Below, in pieces: positions 1 through 13,600 of a stretch of 64,000 bases of DNA. The DNA comes from Schmidtea polychroa. Lineage: Eukaryota. Every line of letters begins with the position of its first letter. Within the stretch, counting starts at the first letter, position 1. Position numbers and translations under genes: made by a program. A model generated the notes under the pieces. It saw nothing but the letters and a program-made list of their open reading frames with translations, was not told the DNA's origin and made no database searches. Location of the stretch: the NCBI GenBank assembly GCA_044892525.1, contig CM097887.1, positions 95,396,397 through 95,460,396 on the forward strand, written 5' to 3'.

Positions 1-373
1 AGTCAGAATGAGGATGTTTAAGCACAGATGTGTTTTGAGATTATTTTGACTCAATAGTTATTGTCAATCGACCGAATAGTCCTTGGCTCTGATATTGTTT
101 TGTCATCAGACTCGTGTTCTGGAATATGCATTTCGATTATTGGTTCGTGTTTATGTCATCATTAGTTTTCTTTCAAAATTAGAGCAAGAATAATAACGAC
201 ACTCATCAGCAACCTAATATCTCATGAGCACTATCTAAAATAAACTTTTGCAAAGTGCATAACCCTGTTAACTATATGAAATATATTTATACAAATAATT
301 ATATATTAAAATCCATCTCAGGGTGAGGAACATCTAAATTATTAAATATATACAATAGAAATACAAGTATACA

Positions 374-1339
374 TCAATATTTGCTGATGCTATTGCTTGC
401 AGGCTTTAGTGAACTATTTACAAAATTCGAGAACTGATCTTTATCAATGTCTTCCAAAGTCTGAGTATTGTGATAATTCCACCGCCTGGCAGAATGTCTG
501 ATATTACTAATCGCACATTCTTTCAATAGAAATTTTAGCTCTTTATTATTCATACTTACTTTAGAGATTATTTCAGAAGTTTTCAAAGGAAAGGACCCTA
601 AAGCTCCAATATTACAAGTGTCAAGGTCGACTTTAAAGTCAGGGTTGACAGCCTGTATTGCATTATTTATAGAGTCATATTTCCTCAAATTATGTTTATC
701 AACTTGTTTAAAGTTAGTGACAGAGTCGCTCGGAAATTTCATATAAACTAAAATGATTGTTTTTTTGGACAAGTCAGTGATCATTAAATCCATTCGTTCT
801 CTTGGGTTTGGAACAAATAAACACATGTTATCTACGACGATAATAAGATGAGCTTTGATCTTCAGACGATATGAAATAAGTTTAAGACAATTTTCATGCC
901 TCTCAGAACTAAGAGTTTTTCGTACCTTACACGACTGAAGTACGTGTGACATTGTCTCATCTTCAGTGTGACATCGACGACAGAGTCTTTTTTCATCTTT
1001 TTTGTAAAGCTTTGCATTGATTGAAAGAGTGTTTGTGCGAGCACGGTGAATGAAGTTCTAAGAAAATTCAGACAGATCACCGTGAAAAATTGCTTTATTT
1101 ATTAGAGGTGAAAGTTTGATTGCTGATGCAATGATGTTGGAAGTGCTACCGTTCTCTCATTTTGTAAGGTAAGAGTCACAAAGTGCTATGTGCAAGACCT
1201 TAGACGTTGTTTGACGATGATCAGATTTCAAGATACATGTGCCACGCATTGCCGTTGTTATGTAGAGCGATGGCTCATTGTTTGTGATGATGAATGATAT
1301 GTTGATCTTGTGCGTTCTTTCGAAAAATGCAACTGCACT
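374..1339 (-). pseudogene. 3' fragment of an RLE-type (R2/NeSL/R5/Utopia-like) non-LTR retrotransposon ORF; representative copy, present in every unit
   Basis: Extending the 192-aa ORF upstream in the same frame gives SAVAFFERTHKINISF...YLTK*ENG...GDLSEFS*NFIHRARTNTL...CRRCHTEDETMSHVLQSC...RHENCLKLI...RERMDLMITD...ILVYMKFP...KYDSI...IGALGSFP. This is a C-X2-C-X8-H-X4-C zinc knuckle followed by a degenerate PD-(D/E)xK RLE domain and the GALG motif. There is no RT domain, and there are two in-frame stops (1157-1159, 1058-1060). Confidence 0.9.
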
Positions 1340-1361
1340 CCCTAACCCCTAACCTTAACCC
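1340..1361 (-). repeat. Telomere-like (TTAGGG-type) motif, one per unit
   Basis: Plus strand CCCTAACCCCTAACCTTAACCC, i.e. GGGTTAAGGTTAGGGGTTAGGG on minus, directly at the 5' truncation point of the LINE fragment. Confidence 0.8.
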
Positions 1362-1558
1362 AAATTTTGTGAATAATAATATCAATTATTATTTAATGCT
1401 TGTTTAATGGTTTTTTATCAATAGGTGAGAAAATACCATGAACCTTTATGTAAAAATCATTAACCGATTTTTATGAAAATTTCAATTTATAGCAAATAAA
1501 GTATACTGATTCGATCTGTATTAAAAATAACTGTTAAAAATTATTTTTTGAAATTATT

Positions 1559-1648
1559 AAAAAAAAATCGTCCATACTTGGATTTGAACCTCATACAAAA
1601 CGTCAAAATCAAAAATCTAAGAGTGAACAAACCACTTAACCACGTCAG
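1559..1648 (-). ncRNA. Degenerate tRNA-like / SINE-head Pol III cassette, one per unit; not a functional tRNA
   Basis: Minus strand has an A-box-like TGGTTAAGTGG (1642-1632), a B-box GGTTCAAATCC (1590-1580) 41 nt later, then T8-T9 (1567-1559). Acceptor and T stems do not pair well and an internal T5 run is present. Confidence 0.5.
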
Positions 1649-4600
1649 TAACTTTTATTAATAATAATAATAAATTTGACTTGTATTTGCATATGGAATA
1701 TCATGCCATTCGGATAAAATACAGCAACAAAAGAGTCAGAATGAGGATGTTTAAGCACAGATGTGTTTTGAGATTATTTTGACTCAATAGTTATTGTCAA
1801 TCGACCGAATAGTCCTTGGCTCTGATATTGTTTTGTCATCAGACTCGTGTTCTGGAATATGCATTTCGATTATTGGTTCGTGTTTATGTCATCATTAGTT
1901 TTCTTTCAAAATTAGAGCAAGAATAATAACGACACTCATCAGCAACCTAATATCTCATGAGCACTATCTAAAATAAACTTTTGCAAAGTGCATAACCCTG
2001 TTAACTATATGAAATATATTTATACAAATAATTATATATTAAAATCCATCTCAGGGTGAGGAACATCTAAATTATTAAATATATACAATAGAAATACAAG
2101 TATACATCAATATTTGCTGATGCTATTGCTTGCAGGCTTTAGTGAACTATTTACAAAATTCGAGAACTGATCTTTATCAATGTCTTCCAAAGTCTGAGTA
2201 TTGTGATAATTCCACCGCCTGGCAGAATGTCTGATATTACTAATCGCACATTCTTTCAATAGAAATTTTAGCTCTTTATTATTCATACTTACTTTAGAGA
2301 TTATTTCAGAAGTTTTCAAAGGAAAGGACCCTAAAGCTCCAATATTACAAGTGTCAAGGTCGACTTTAAAGTCAGGGTTGACAGCCTGTATTGCATTATT
2401 TATAGAGTCATATTTCCTCAAATTATGTTTATCAACTTGTTTAAAGTTAGTGACAGAGTCGCTCGGAAATTTCATATAAACTAAAATGATTGTTTTTTTG
2501 GACAAGTCAGTGATCATTAAATCCATTCGTTCTCTTGGGTTTGGAACAAATAAACACATGTTATCTACGACGATAATAAGATGAGCTTTGATCTTCAGAC
2601 GATATGAAATAAGTTTAAGACAATTTTCATGCCTCTCAGAACTAAGAGTTTTTCGTACCTTACACGACTGAAGTACGTGTGACATTGTCTCATCTTCAGT
2701 GTGACATCGACGACAGAGTCTTTTTTCATCTTTTTTGTAAAGCTTTGCATTGATTGAAAGAGTGTTTGTGCGAGCACGGTGAATGAAGTTCTAAGAAAAT
2801 TCAGACAGATCACCGTGAAAAATTGCTTTATTTATTAGAGGTGAAAGTTTGATTGCTGATGCAATGATGTTGGAAGTGCTACCGTTCTCTCATTTTGTAA
2901 GGTAAGAGTCACAAAGTGCTATGTGCAAGACCTTAGACGTTGTTTGACGATGATCAGATTTCAAGATACATGTGCCACGCATTGCCGTTGTTATGTAGAG
3001 CGATGGCTCATTGTTTGTGATGATGAATGATATGTTGATCTTGTGCGTTCTTTCGAAAAATGCAACTGCACTCCCTAACCCCTAACCTTAACCCAAATTT
3101 TGTGAATAATAATATCAATTATTATTTAATGTTTGTTTAATGGTTTTTTATCAATAGGTGAGAAAATACCATGAACCTTTATGTAAAAATCATTAACCGA
3201 TTTTTATGAAAATTTCAATTTATAGCAAATAAAGTATACTGATTCGATCTGTATTAAAAATAACTGTTAAAAATTATTTTTTGAAATTATTAAAAAAAAT
3301 CGTCCATACTTGGATTTGAACCTCATACAAAACGTCAAAATCAAAAATCTAAGAGTGAACAAACCACTTAACCACGTCAGTAACTTTTATTAATAATAAT
3401 AATAAATTTGACTTGTATTTGCATATGGAATATCATGCCATTCGGATAAAATACAGCAACAAAAGAGTCAGAATGAGGATGTTTAAGCACAGATGTGTTT
3501 TGAGATTATTTTGACTCAATAGTTATTGTCAATCGACCGAATAGTCCTTGGCTCTGATATTGTTTTGTCATCAGACTCGTGTTCTGGAATATGCATTTCG
3601 ATTATTGGTTCGTGTTTATGTCATCATTAGTTTTCTTTCAAAATTAGAGCAAGAATAATAACGACACTCATCAGCAACCTAATATCTCATGAGCACTATC
3701 TAAAATAAACTTTTGCAAAGTGCATAACCCTGTTAACTATATGAAATATATTTATACAAATAATTATATATTAAAATCCATCTCAGGGTGAGGAACATCT
3801 AAATTATTAAATATATACAATAGAAATACAAGTATACATCAATATTTGCTGATGCTATTGCTTGCAGGCTTTAGTGAACTATTTACAAAATTCGAGAACT
3901 GATCTTTATCAATGTCTTCCAAAGTCTGAGTATTGTGATAATTCCACCGCCTGGCAGAATGTCTGATATTACTAATCGCACATTCTTTCAATAGAAATTT
4001 TAGCTCTTTATTATTCATACTTACTTTAGAGATTATTTCAGAAGTTTTCAAAGGAAAGGACCCTAAAGCTCCAATATTACAAGTGTCAAGGTCGACTTTA
4101 AAGTCAGGGTTGACAGCCTGTATTGCATTATTTATAGAGTCATATTTCCTCAAATTATGTTTATCAACTTGTTTAAAGTTAGTGACAGAGTCGCTCGGAA
4201 ATTTCATATAAACTAAAATGATTGTTTTTTTGGACAAGTCAGTGATCATTAAATCCATTCGTTCTCTTGGGTTTGGAACAAATAAACACATGTTATCTAC
4301 GACGATAATAAGATGAGCTTTGATCTTCAGACGATATGAAATAAGTTTAAGACAATTTTCATGCCTCTCAGAACTAAGAGTTTTTCGTACCTTACACGAC
4401 TGAAGTACGTGTGACATTGTCTCATCTTCAGTGTGACATCGACGACAGAGTCTTTTTTCATCTTTTTTGTAAAGCTTTGCATTGATTGAAAGAGTGTTTG
4501 TGCGAGCACGGTGAATGAAGTTCTAAGAAAATTCAGACAGATCACCGTGAAAAATTGCTTTATTTATTAGAGGTGAAAGTTTGATTGCTGATGCAATGAT

Positions 4601-7600
4601 GTTGGAAGTGCTACCGTTCTCTCATTTTGTAAGGTAAGAGTCACAAAGTGCTATGTGCAAGACCTTAGACGTTGTTTGACGATGATCAGATTTCAAGATA
4701 CATGTGCCACGCATTGCCGTTGTTATGTAGAGCGATGGCTCATTGTTTGTGATGATGAATGATATGTTGATCTTGTGCGTTCTTTCGAAAAATGCAACTG
4801 CACTCCCTAACCCCTAACCTTAACCCAAATTTTGTGAATAATAATATCAATTATTATTTAATGCTTGTTTAATGGTTTTTTATCAATAGGTGAGAAAATA
4901 CCATGAACCTTTATGTAAAAATCATTAACCGATTTTTATGAAAATTTCAATTTATAGCAAATAAAGTATACTGATTCGATCTGTATTAAAAATAACTGTT
5001 AAAAATTATTTTTTGAAATTATTAAAAAAAAATCGTCCATACTTGGATTTGAACCTCATACAAAACGTCAAAATCAAAAATCTAAGAGTGAACAAACCAC
5101 TTAACCACGTCAGTAACTTTTATTAATAATAATAATAAATTTGACTTGTATTTGCATATGGAATATCATGCCATTCGGATAAAATACAGCAACAAAAGAG
5201 TCAGAATGAGGATGTTTAAGCACAGATGTGTTTTGAGATTATTTTGACTCAATAGTTATTGTCAATCGACCGAATAGTCCTTGGCTCTGATATTGTTTTG
5301 TCATCAGACTCGTGTTCTGGAATATGCATTTCGATTATTGGTTCGTGTTTATGTCATCATTAGTTTTCTTTCAAAATTAGAGCAAGAATAATAACGACAC
5401 TCATCAGCAACCTAATATCTCATGAGCACTATCTAAAATAAACTTTTGCAAAGTGCATAACCCTGTTAACTATATGAAATATATTTATACAAATAATTAT
5501 ATATTAAAATCCATCTCAGGGTGAGGAACATCTAAATTATTAAATATATACAATAGAAATACAAGTATACATCAATATTTGCTGATGCTATTGCTTGCAG
5601 GCTTTAGTGAACTATTTACAAAATTCGAGAACTGATCTTTATCAATGTCTTCCAAAGTCTGAGTATTGTGATAATTCCACCGCCTGGCAGAATGTCTGAT
5701 ATTACTAATCGCACATTCTTTCAGTAGAAATTTTAGCTCTTTATTATTCATACTTACTTTAGAGATTATTTCAGAAGTTTTCAAAGGAAAGGACCCTAAA
5801 GCTCCAATATTACAAGTGTCAAGGTCGACTTTAAAGTCAGGGTTGACAGCCTGTATTGCATTATTTATAGAGTCATATTTCCTCAAATTATGTTTATCAA
5901 CTTGTTTAAAGTTAGTGACAGAGTCGCTCGGAAATTTCATATAAACTAAAATGATTGTTTTTTTGGACAAGTCAGTGATCATTAAATCCATTCGTTCTCT
6001 TGGGTTTGGAACAAATAAACACATGTTATCTACGACGATAATAAGATGAGCTTTGATCTTCAGACGATATGAAATAAGTTTAAGACAATTTTCATGCCTC
6101 TCAGAACTAAGAGTTTTTCGTACCTTACACGACTGAAGTACGTGTGACATTGTCTCATCTTCAGTGTGACATCGACGACAGAGTCTTTTTTCATCTTTTT
6201 TGTAAAGCTTTGCATTGATTGAAAGAGTGTTTGTGCGAGCACGGTGAATGAAGTTCTAAGAAAATTCAGACAGATCACCGTGAAAAATTGCTTTATTTAT
6301 TAGAGGTGAAAGTTTGATTGCTGATGCAATGATGTTGGAAGTGCTACCGTTCTCTCATTTTGTAAGGTAAGAGTCACAAAGTGCTATGTGCAAGACCTTA
6401 GACGTTGTTTGACGATGATCAGATTTCAAGATACATGTGCCACGCATTGCCGTTGTTATGTAGAGCGATGGCTCATTGTTTGTGATGATGAATGATATGT
6501 TGATCTTGTGCGTTCTTTCGAAAAATGCAACTGCACTCCCTAACCCCTAACCTTAACCCAAATTTTCTGAATAATAATATCAATTATTATTTAATGCTTG
6601 TTTAATGGTTTTTTATCAATAGGTGAGAAAATACCATGAACCTTTATGTAAAAATCATTAACCGATTTTTATGAAAATTTCAATTTATAGCAAATAAAGT
6701 ATACTGATTCGATCTGTATTAAAAATAACTGTTAAAAATTATTTTTTGAAATTAATAAAAAAAAATCGTCCATACTTGGATTTGAACCTCATACAAAACG
6801 TCAAAATCAAAAATCTAAGAGTGAACAAACCACTTAACCACGTCAGTAACTTTTATTAATAATAATAATAAATTTGACTTGTATTTGCATATGGAATATC
6901 ATGCCATTCGGATAAAATACAGCAACAAAAGAGTCAGAATGAGGATGTTTAAGCACAGATGTGTTTTGAGATTATTTTGACTCAATAGTTATTGTCAATC
7001 GACCGAATAGTCCTTGGCTCTGATATTGTTTTGTCATCAGACTCGTGTTCTGGAATATGCATTTCGATTATTGGTTCGTGTTTATGTCATCATTAGTTTT
7101 CTTTCAAAATTAGAGCAAGAATAATAACGACACTCATCAGCAACCTAATATCTCATGAGCACTATCTAAAATAAACTTTTGCAAAGTGCATAACCCTGTT
7201 AACTATATGAAATATATTTATACAAATAATTATATATTAAAATCCATCTCAGGGTGAGGAACATCTAAATTATTAAATATATACAATAGAAATACAAGTA
7301 TACATCAATATTTGCTGATGCTATTGCTTGCAGGCTTTAGTGAACTATTTACAAAATTCGAGAACTGATCTTTATCAATGTCTTCCAAAGTCTGAGTATT
7401 GTGATAATTCCACCGCCTGGCAGAATGTCTGATATTACTAATCGCACATTCTTTCAATAGAAATTTTAGCTCTTTATTATTCATACTTACTTTAGAGATT
7501 ATTTCAGAAGTTTTCAAAGGAAAGGACCCTAAAGCTCCAATATTACAAGTGTCAAGGTCGACTTTAAAGTCAGGGTTGACAGCCTGTATTGCATTATTTA

Positions 7601-10600
7601 TAGAGTCATATTTCCTCAAATTATGTTTATCAACTTGTTTAAAGTTAGTGACAGAGTCGCTCGGAAATTTCATATAAACTAAAATGATTGTTTTTTTGGA
7701 CAAGTCAGTGATCATTAAATCCATTCGTTCTCTTGGGTTTGGAACAAATAAACACATGTTATCTACGACGATAATAAGATGAGCTTTGATCTTCAGACGA
7801 TATGAAATAAGTTTAAGACAATTTTCATGCCTCTCAGAACTAAGAGTTTTTCGTACCTTACACGACTGAAGTACGTGTGACATTGTCTCATCTTCAGTGT
7901 GACATCGACGACAGAGTCTTTTTTCATCTTTTTTGTAAAGCTTTGCATTGATTGAAAGAGTGTTTGTGCGAGCACGGTGAATGAAGTTCTAAGAAAATTC
8001 AGACAGATCACCGTGAAAAATTGCTTTATTTATTAGAGGTGAAAGTTTGATTGCTGATGCAATGATGTTGGAAGTGCTACCGTTCTCTCATTTTGTAAGG
8101 TAAGAGTCACAAAGTGCTATGTGCAAGACCTTAGACGTTGTTTGACGATGATCAGATTTCAAGATACATGTGCCACGCATTGCCGTTGTTATGTAGAGCG
8201 ATGGCTCATTGTTTGTGATGATGAATGATATGTTGATCTTGTGCGTTCTTTCGAAAAATGCAACTGCACTCCCTAACCCCTAACCTTAACCCAAATTTTG
8301 TGAATAATAATATCAATTATTATTTAATGCTTGTTTAATGGTTTTTTATCAATAGGTGAGAAAATACCATGAACCTTTATGTAAAAATCATTAACCGATT
8401 TTTATGAAAATTTCAATTTATAGCAAATAAAGTATACTGATTCGATCTGTATTAAAAATAACTGTTAAAAATTATTTTTTGAAATTATTAAAAAAAAATC
8501 GTCCATACTTGGATTTGAACCTCATACAAAACGTCAAAATCAAAAATCTAAGAGTGAACAAACCACTTAACCACGTCAGTAACTTTTATTAATAATAATA
8601 ATAAATTTGACTTGTATTTGCATATGGAATATCATGCCATTCGGATAAAATACAGCAACAAAAGAGTCAGAATGAGGATGTTTAAGCACAGATGTGTTTT
8701 GAGATTATTTTGACTCAATAGTTATTGTCAATCGACCGAATAGTCCTTGGCTCTGATATTGTTTTGTCATCAGACTCGTGTTCTGGAATATGCATTTCGA
8801 TTATTGGTTCGTGTTTATGTCATCATTAGTTTTCTTTCAAAATTAGAGCAAGAATAATAACGACACTCATCAGCAACCTAATATCTCATGAGCACTATCT
8901 AAAATAAACTTTTGCAAAGTGCATAACCCTGTTAACTATATGAAATATATTTATACAAATAATTATATATTAAAATCCATCTCAGGGTGAGGAACATCTA
9001 AATTATTAAATATATACAATAGAAATACAAGTATACATCAATATTTGCTGATGCTATTGCTTGCAGGCTTTAGTGAACTATTTACAAAATTCGAGAACTG
9101 ATCTTTATCAATGTCTTCCAAAGTCTGAGTATTGTGATAATTCCACCGCCTGGCAGAATGTCTGATATTACTAATCGCACATTCTTTCAATAGAAATTTT
9201 AGCTCTTTATTATTCATACTTACTTTAGAGATTATTTCAGAAGTTTTCAAAGGAAAGGACCCTAAAGCTCCAATATTACAAGTGTCAAGGTCGACTTTAA
9301 AGTCAGGGTTGACAGCCTGTATTGCATTATTTATAGAGTCATATTTCCTCAAATTATGTTTATCAACTTGTTTAAAGTTAGTGACAGAGTCGCTCGGAAA
9401 TTTCATATAAACTAAAATGATTGTTTTTTTGGACAAGTCAGTGATCATTAAATCCATTCGTTCTCTTGGGTTTGGAACAAATAAACACATGTTATCTACG
9501 ACGATAATAAGATGAGCTTTGATCTTCAGACGATATGAAATAAGTTTAAGACAATTTTCATGCCTCTCAGAACTAAGAGTTTTTCGTACCTTACACGACT
9601 GAAGTACGTGTGACATTGTCTCATCTTCAGTGTGACATCGACGACAGAGTCTTTTTTCATCTTTTTTGTAAAGCTTTGCATTGATTGAAAGAGTGTTTGT
9701 GCGAGCACGGTGAATGAAGTTCTAAGAAAATTCAGACAGATCACCGTGAAAAATTGCTTTATTTATTAGAGGTGAAAGTTTGATTGCTGATGCAATGATG
9801 TTGGAAGTGCTACCGTTCTCTCATTTTGTAAGGTAAGAGTCACAAAGTGCTATGTGCAAGACCTTAGACGTTGTTTGACGATGATCAGATTTCAAGATAC
9901 ATGTGCCACGCATTGCCGTTGTTATGTAGAGCGATGGCTCATTGTTTGTGATGATGAATGATATGTTGATCTTGTGCGTTCTTTCGAAAAATGCAACTGC
10001 ACTCCCTAACCCCTAACCTTAACCCAAATTTTGTGAATAATAATATCAATTATTATTTAATGCTTGTTTAATGGTTTTTTATCAATAGGTGAGAAAATAC
10101 CATGAACCTTTATGTAAAAATCATTAACCGATTTTTATGAAAATTTCAATTTATAGCAAATAAAGTATACTGATTCGATCTGTATTAAAAATAACTGTTA
10201 AAAATTATTTTTTGAAATTATTAAAAAAAAATCGTCCATACTTGGATTTGAACCTCATACAAAACGTCAAAATCAAAAATCTAAGAGTGAACAAACCACT
10301 TAACCACGTCAGTAACTTTTATTAATAATAATAATAAATTTGACTTGTATTTGCATATGGAATATCATGCCATTCGGATAAAATACAGCAACAAAAGAGT
10401 CAGAATGAGGATGTTTAAGCACAGATGTGTTTTGAGATTATTTTGACTCAATAGTTATTGTCAATCGACCGAATAGTCCTTGGCTCTGATATTGTTTTGT
10501 CATCAGACTCGTGTTCTGGAATATGCATTTCGATTATTGGTTCGTGTTTATGTCATCATTAGTTTTCTTTCAAAATTAGAGCAAGAATAATAACGACACT

Positions 10601-13600
10601 CATCAGCAACCTAATATCTCATGAGCACTATCTAAAATAAACTTTTGCAAAGTGCATAACCCTGTTAACTATATGAAATATATTTATACAAATAATTATA
10701 TATTAAAATCCATCTCAGGGTGAGGAACATCTAAATTATTAAATATATACAATAGAAATACAAGTATACATCAATATTTGCTGATGCTATTGCTTGCAGG
10801 CTTTAGTGAACTATTTACAAAATTCGAGAACTGATCTTTATCAATGTCTTCCAAAGTCTGAGTATTGTGATAATTCCACCGCCTGGCAGAATGTCTGATA
10901 TTACTAATCGCACATTCTTTCAATAGAAATTTTAGCTCTTTATTATTCATACTTACTTTAGAGATTATTTCAAAAGTTTTCAAAGGAAAGGACCCTAAAG
11001 CTCCAATATTACAAGTGTCAAGGTCGACTTTAAAGTCAGGGTTGACAGCCTGTATTGCATTATTTATAGAGTCATATTTCCTCAAATTATGTTTATCAAC
11101 TTGTTTAAAGTTAGTGACAGAGTCGCTCGGAAATTTCATATAAACTAAAATGATTGTTTTTTTGGACAAGTCAGTGATCATTAAATCCATTCGTTCTCTT
11201 GGGTTTGGAACAAATAAACACATGTTATCTACGACGATAATAAGATGAGCTTTGATCTTCAGACGATATGAAATAAGTTTAAGACAATTTTCATGCCTCT
11301 CAGAACTAAGAGTTTTTCGTACCTTACACGACTGAAGTACGTGTGACATTGTCTCATCTTCAGTGTGACATCGACGACAGAGTCTTTTTTCATCTTTTTT
11401 GTAAAGCTTTGCATTGATTGAAAGAGTGTTTGTGCGAGCACGGTGAATGAAGTTCTAAGAAAATTCAGACAGATCACCGTGAAAAATTGCTTTATTTATT
11501 AGAGGTGAAAGTTTGATTGCTGATGCAATGATGTTGGAAGTGCTACCGTTCTCTCATTTTGTAAGGTAAGAGTCACAAAGTGCTATGTGCAAGACCTTAG
11601 ACGTTGTTTGACGATGATCAGATTTCAAGATACATGTGCCACGCATTGCCGTTGTTATGTAGAGCGATGGCTCATTGTTTGTGATGATGAATGATATGTT
11701 GATCTTGTGCGTTCTTTCGAAAAATGCAACTGCACTCCCTAACCCCTAACCTTAACCCAAATTTTGTGAATAATAATATCAATTATTATTTAATGCTTGT
11801 TTAATGGTTTTTTATCAATAGGTGAGAAAATACCATGAACCTTTATGTAAAAATCATTAACCGATTTTTATGAAAATTTCAATTTATAGCAAATAAAGTA
11901 TACTGATTCGATCTGTATTAAAAATAACTGTTAAAAATTATTTTTTGAAATTATTAAAAAAAAATCGTCCATACTTGGATTTGAACCTCATACAAAACGT
12001 CAAAATCAAAAATCTAAGAGTGAACAAACCACTTAACCACGTCAGTAACTTTTATTAATAATAATAATAAATTTGACTTGTATTTGCATATGGAATATCA
12101 TGCCATTCGGATAAAATACAGCAACAAAAGAGTCAGAATGAGGATGTTTAAGCACAGATGTGTTTTGAGATTATTTTGACTCAATAGTTATTGTCAATCG
12201 ACCGAATAGTCCTTGGCTCTGATATTGTTTTGTCATCAGACTCGTGTTCTGGAATATGCATTTCGATTATTGGTTCGTGTTTATGTCATCATTAGTTTTC
12301 TTTCAAAATTAGAGCAAGAATAATAACGACACTCATCAGCAACCTAATATCTCATGAGCACTATCTAAAATAAACTTTTGCAAAGTGCATAACCCTGTTA
12401 ACTATATGAAATATATTTATACAAATAATTATATATTAAAATCCATCTCAGGGTGAGGAACATCTAAATTATTAAATATATACAATAGAAATACAAGTAT
12501 ACATCAATATTTGCTGATGCTATTGCTTGCAGGCTTTAGTGAACTATTTACAAAATTCGAGAACTGATCTTTATCAATGTCTTCCAAAGTCTGAGTATTG
12601 TGATAATTCCACCGCCTGGCAGAATGTCTGATATTACTAATCGCACATTCTTTCAATAGAAATTTTAGCTCTTTATTATTCATACTTACTTTAGAGATTA
12701 TTTCAAAAGTTTTCAAAGGAAAGGACCCTAAAGCTCCAATATTACAAGTGTCAAGGTCGACTTTAAAGTCAGGGTTGACAGCCTGTATTGCATTATTTAT
12801 AGAGTCATATTTCCTCAAATTATGTTTATCAACTTGTTTAAAGTTAGTGACAGAGTCGCTCGGAAATTTCATATAAACTAAAATGATTGTTTTTTTGGAC
12901 AAGTCAGTGATCATTAAATCCATTCGTTCTCTTGGGTTTGGAACAAATAAACACATGTTATCTACGACGATAATAAGATGAGCTTTGATCTTCAGACGAT
13001 ATGAAATAAGTTTAAGACAATTTTCATGCCTCTCAGAACTAAGAGTTTTTCGTACCTTACACGACTGAAGTACGTGTGACATTGTCTCATCTTCAGTGTG
13101 ACATCGACGACAGAGTCTTTTTTCATCTTTTTTGTAAAGCTTTGCATTGATTGAAAGAGTGTTTGTGCGAGCACGGTGAATGAAGTTCTAAGAAAATTCA
13201 GACAGATCACCGTGAAAAATTGCTTTATTTATTAGAGGTGAAAGTTTGATTGCTGATGCAATGATGTTGGAAGTGCTACCGTTCTCTCATTTTGTAAGGT
13301 AAGAGTCACAAAGTGCTATGTGCAAGACCTTAGACGTTGTTTGACGATGATCAGATTTCAAGATACATGTGCCACGCATTGCCGTTGTTATGTAGAGCGA
13401 TGGCTCATTGTTTGTGATGATGAATGATATGTTGATCTTGTGCGTTCTTTCGAAAAATGCAACTGCACTCCCTAACCCCTAACCTTAACCCAAATTTTCT
13501 GAATAATAATATCAATTATTATTTAATGCTTGTTTAATGGTTTTTTATCAATAGGTGAGAAAATACCATGAACCTTTATGTAAAAATCATTAACCGATTT

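Noticed and set aside
90-215. Two CTGATGA motifs on the minus strand (hammerhead core or C/D box)
   Set aside because: No stem II closed by C-GAAA at hammerhead spacing, and no terminal stem for a C/D snoRNA. An Infernal search would be decisive.
1036-1046. GTGCTCGC on the minus strand resembling the U6 snRNA 5' end
   Set aside because: Only 8 nt match, and it lies within the HRAR codons of the LINE frame.
862-1080. 72/67-aa minus-strand ORF (MICLNFLRTS...) repeated in every unit
   Set aside because: Alternative-frame shadow over the true RLE frame (FIHRAR/CRRC) with no recognisable motif; its end shifts with neutral variants.
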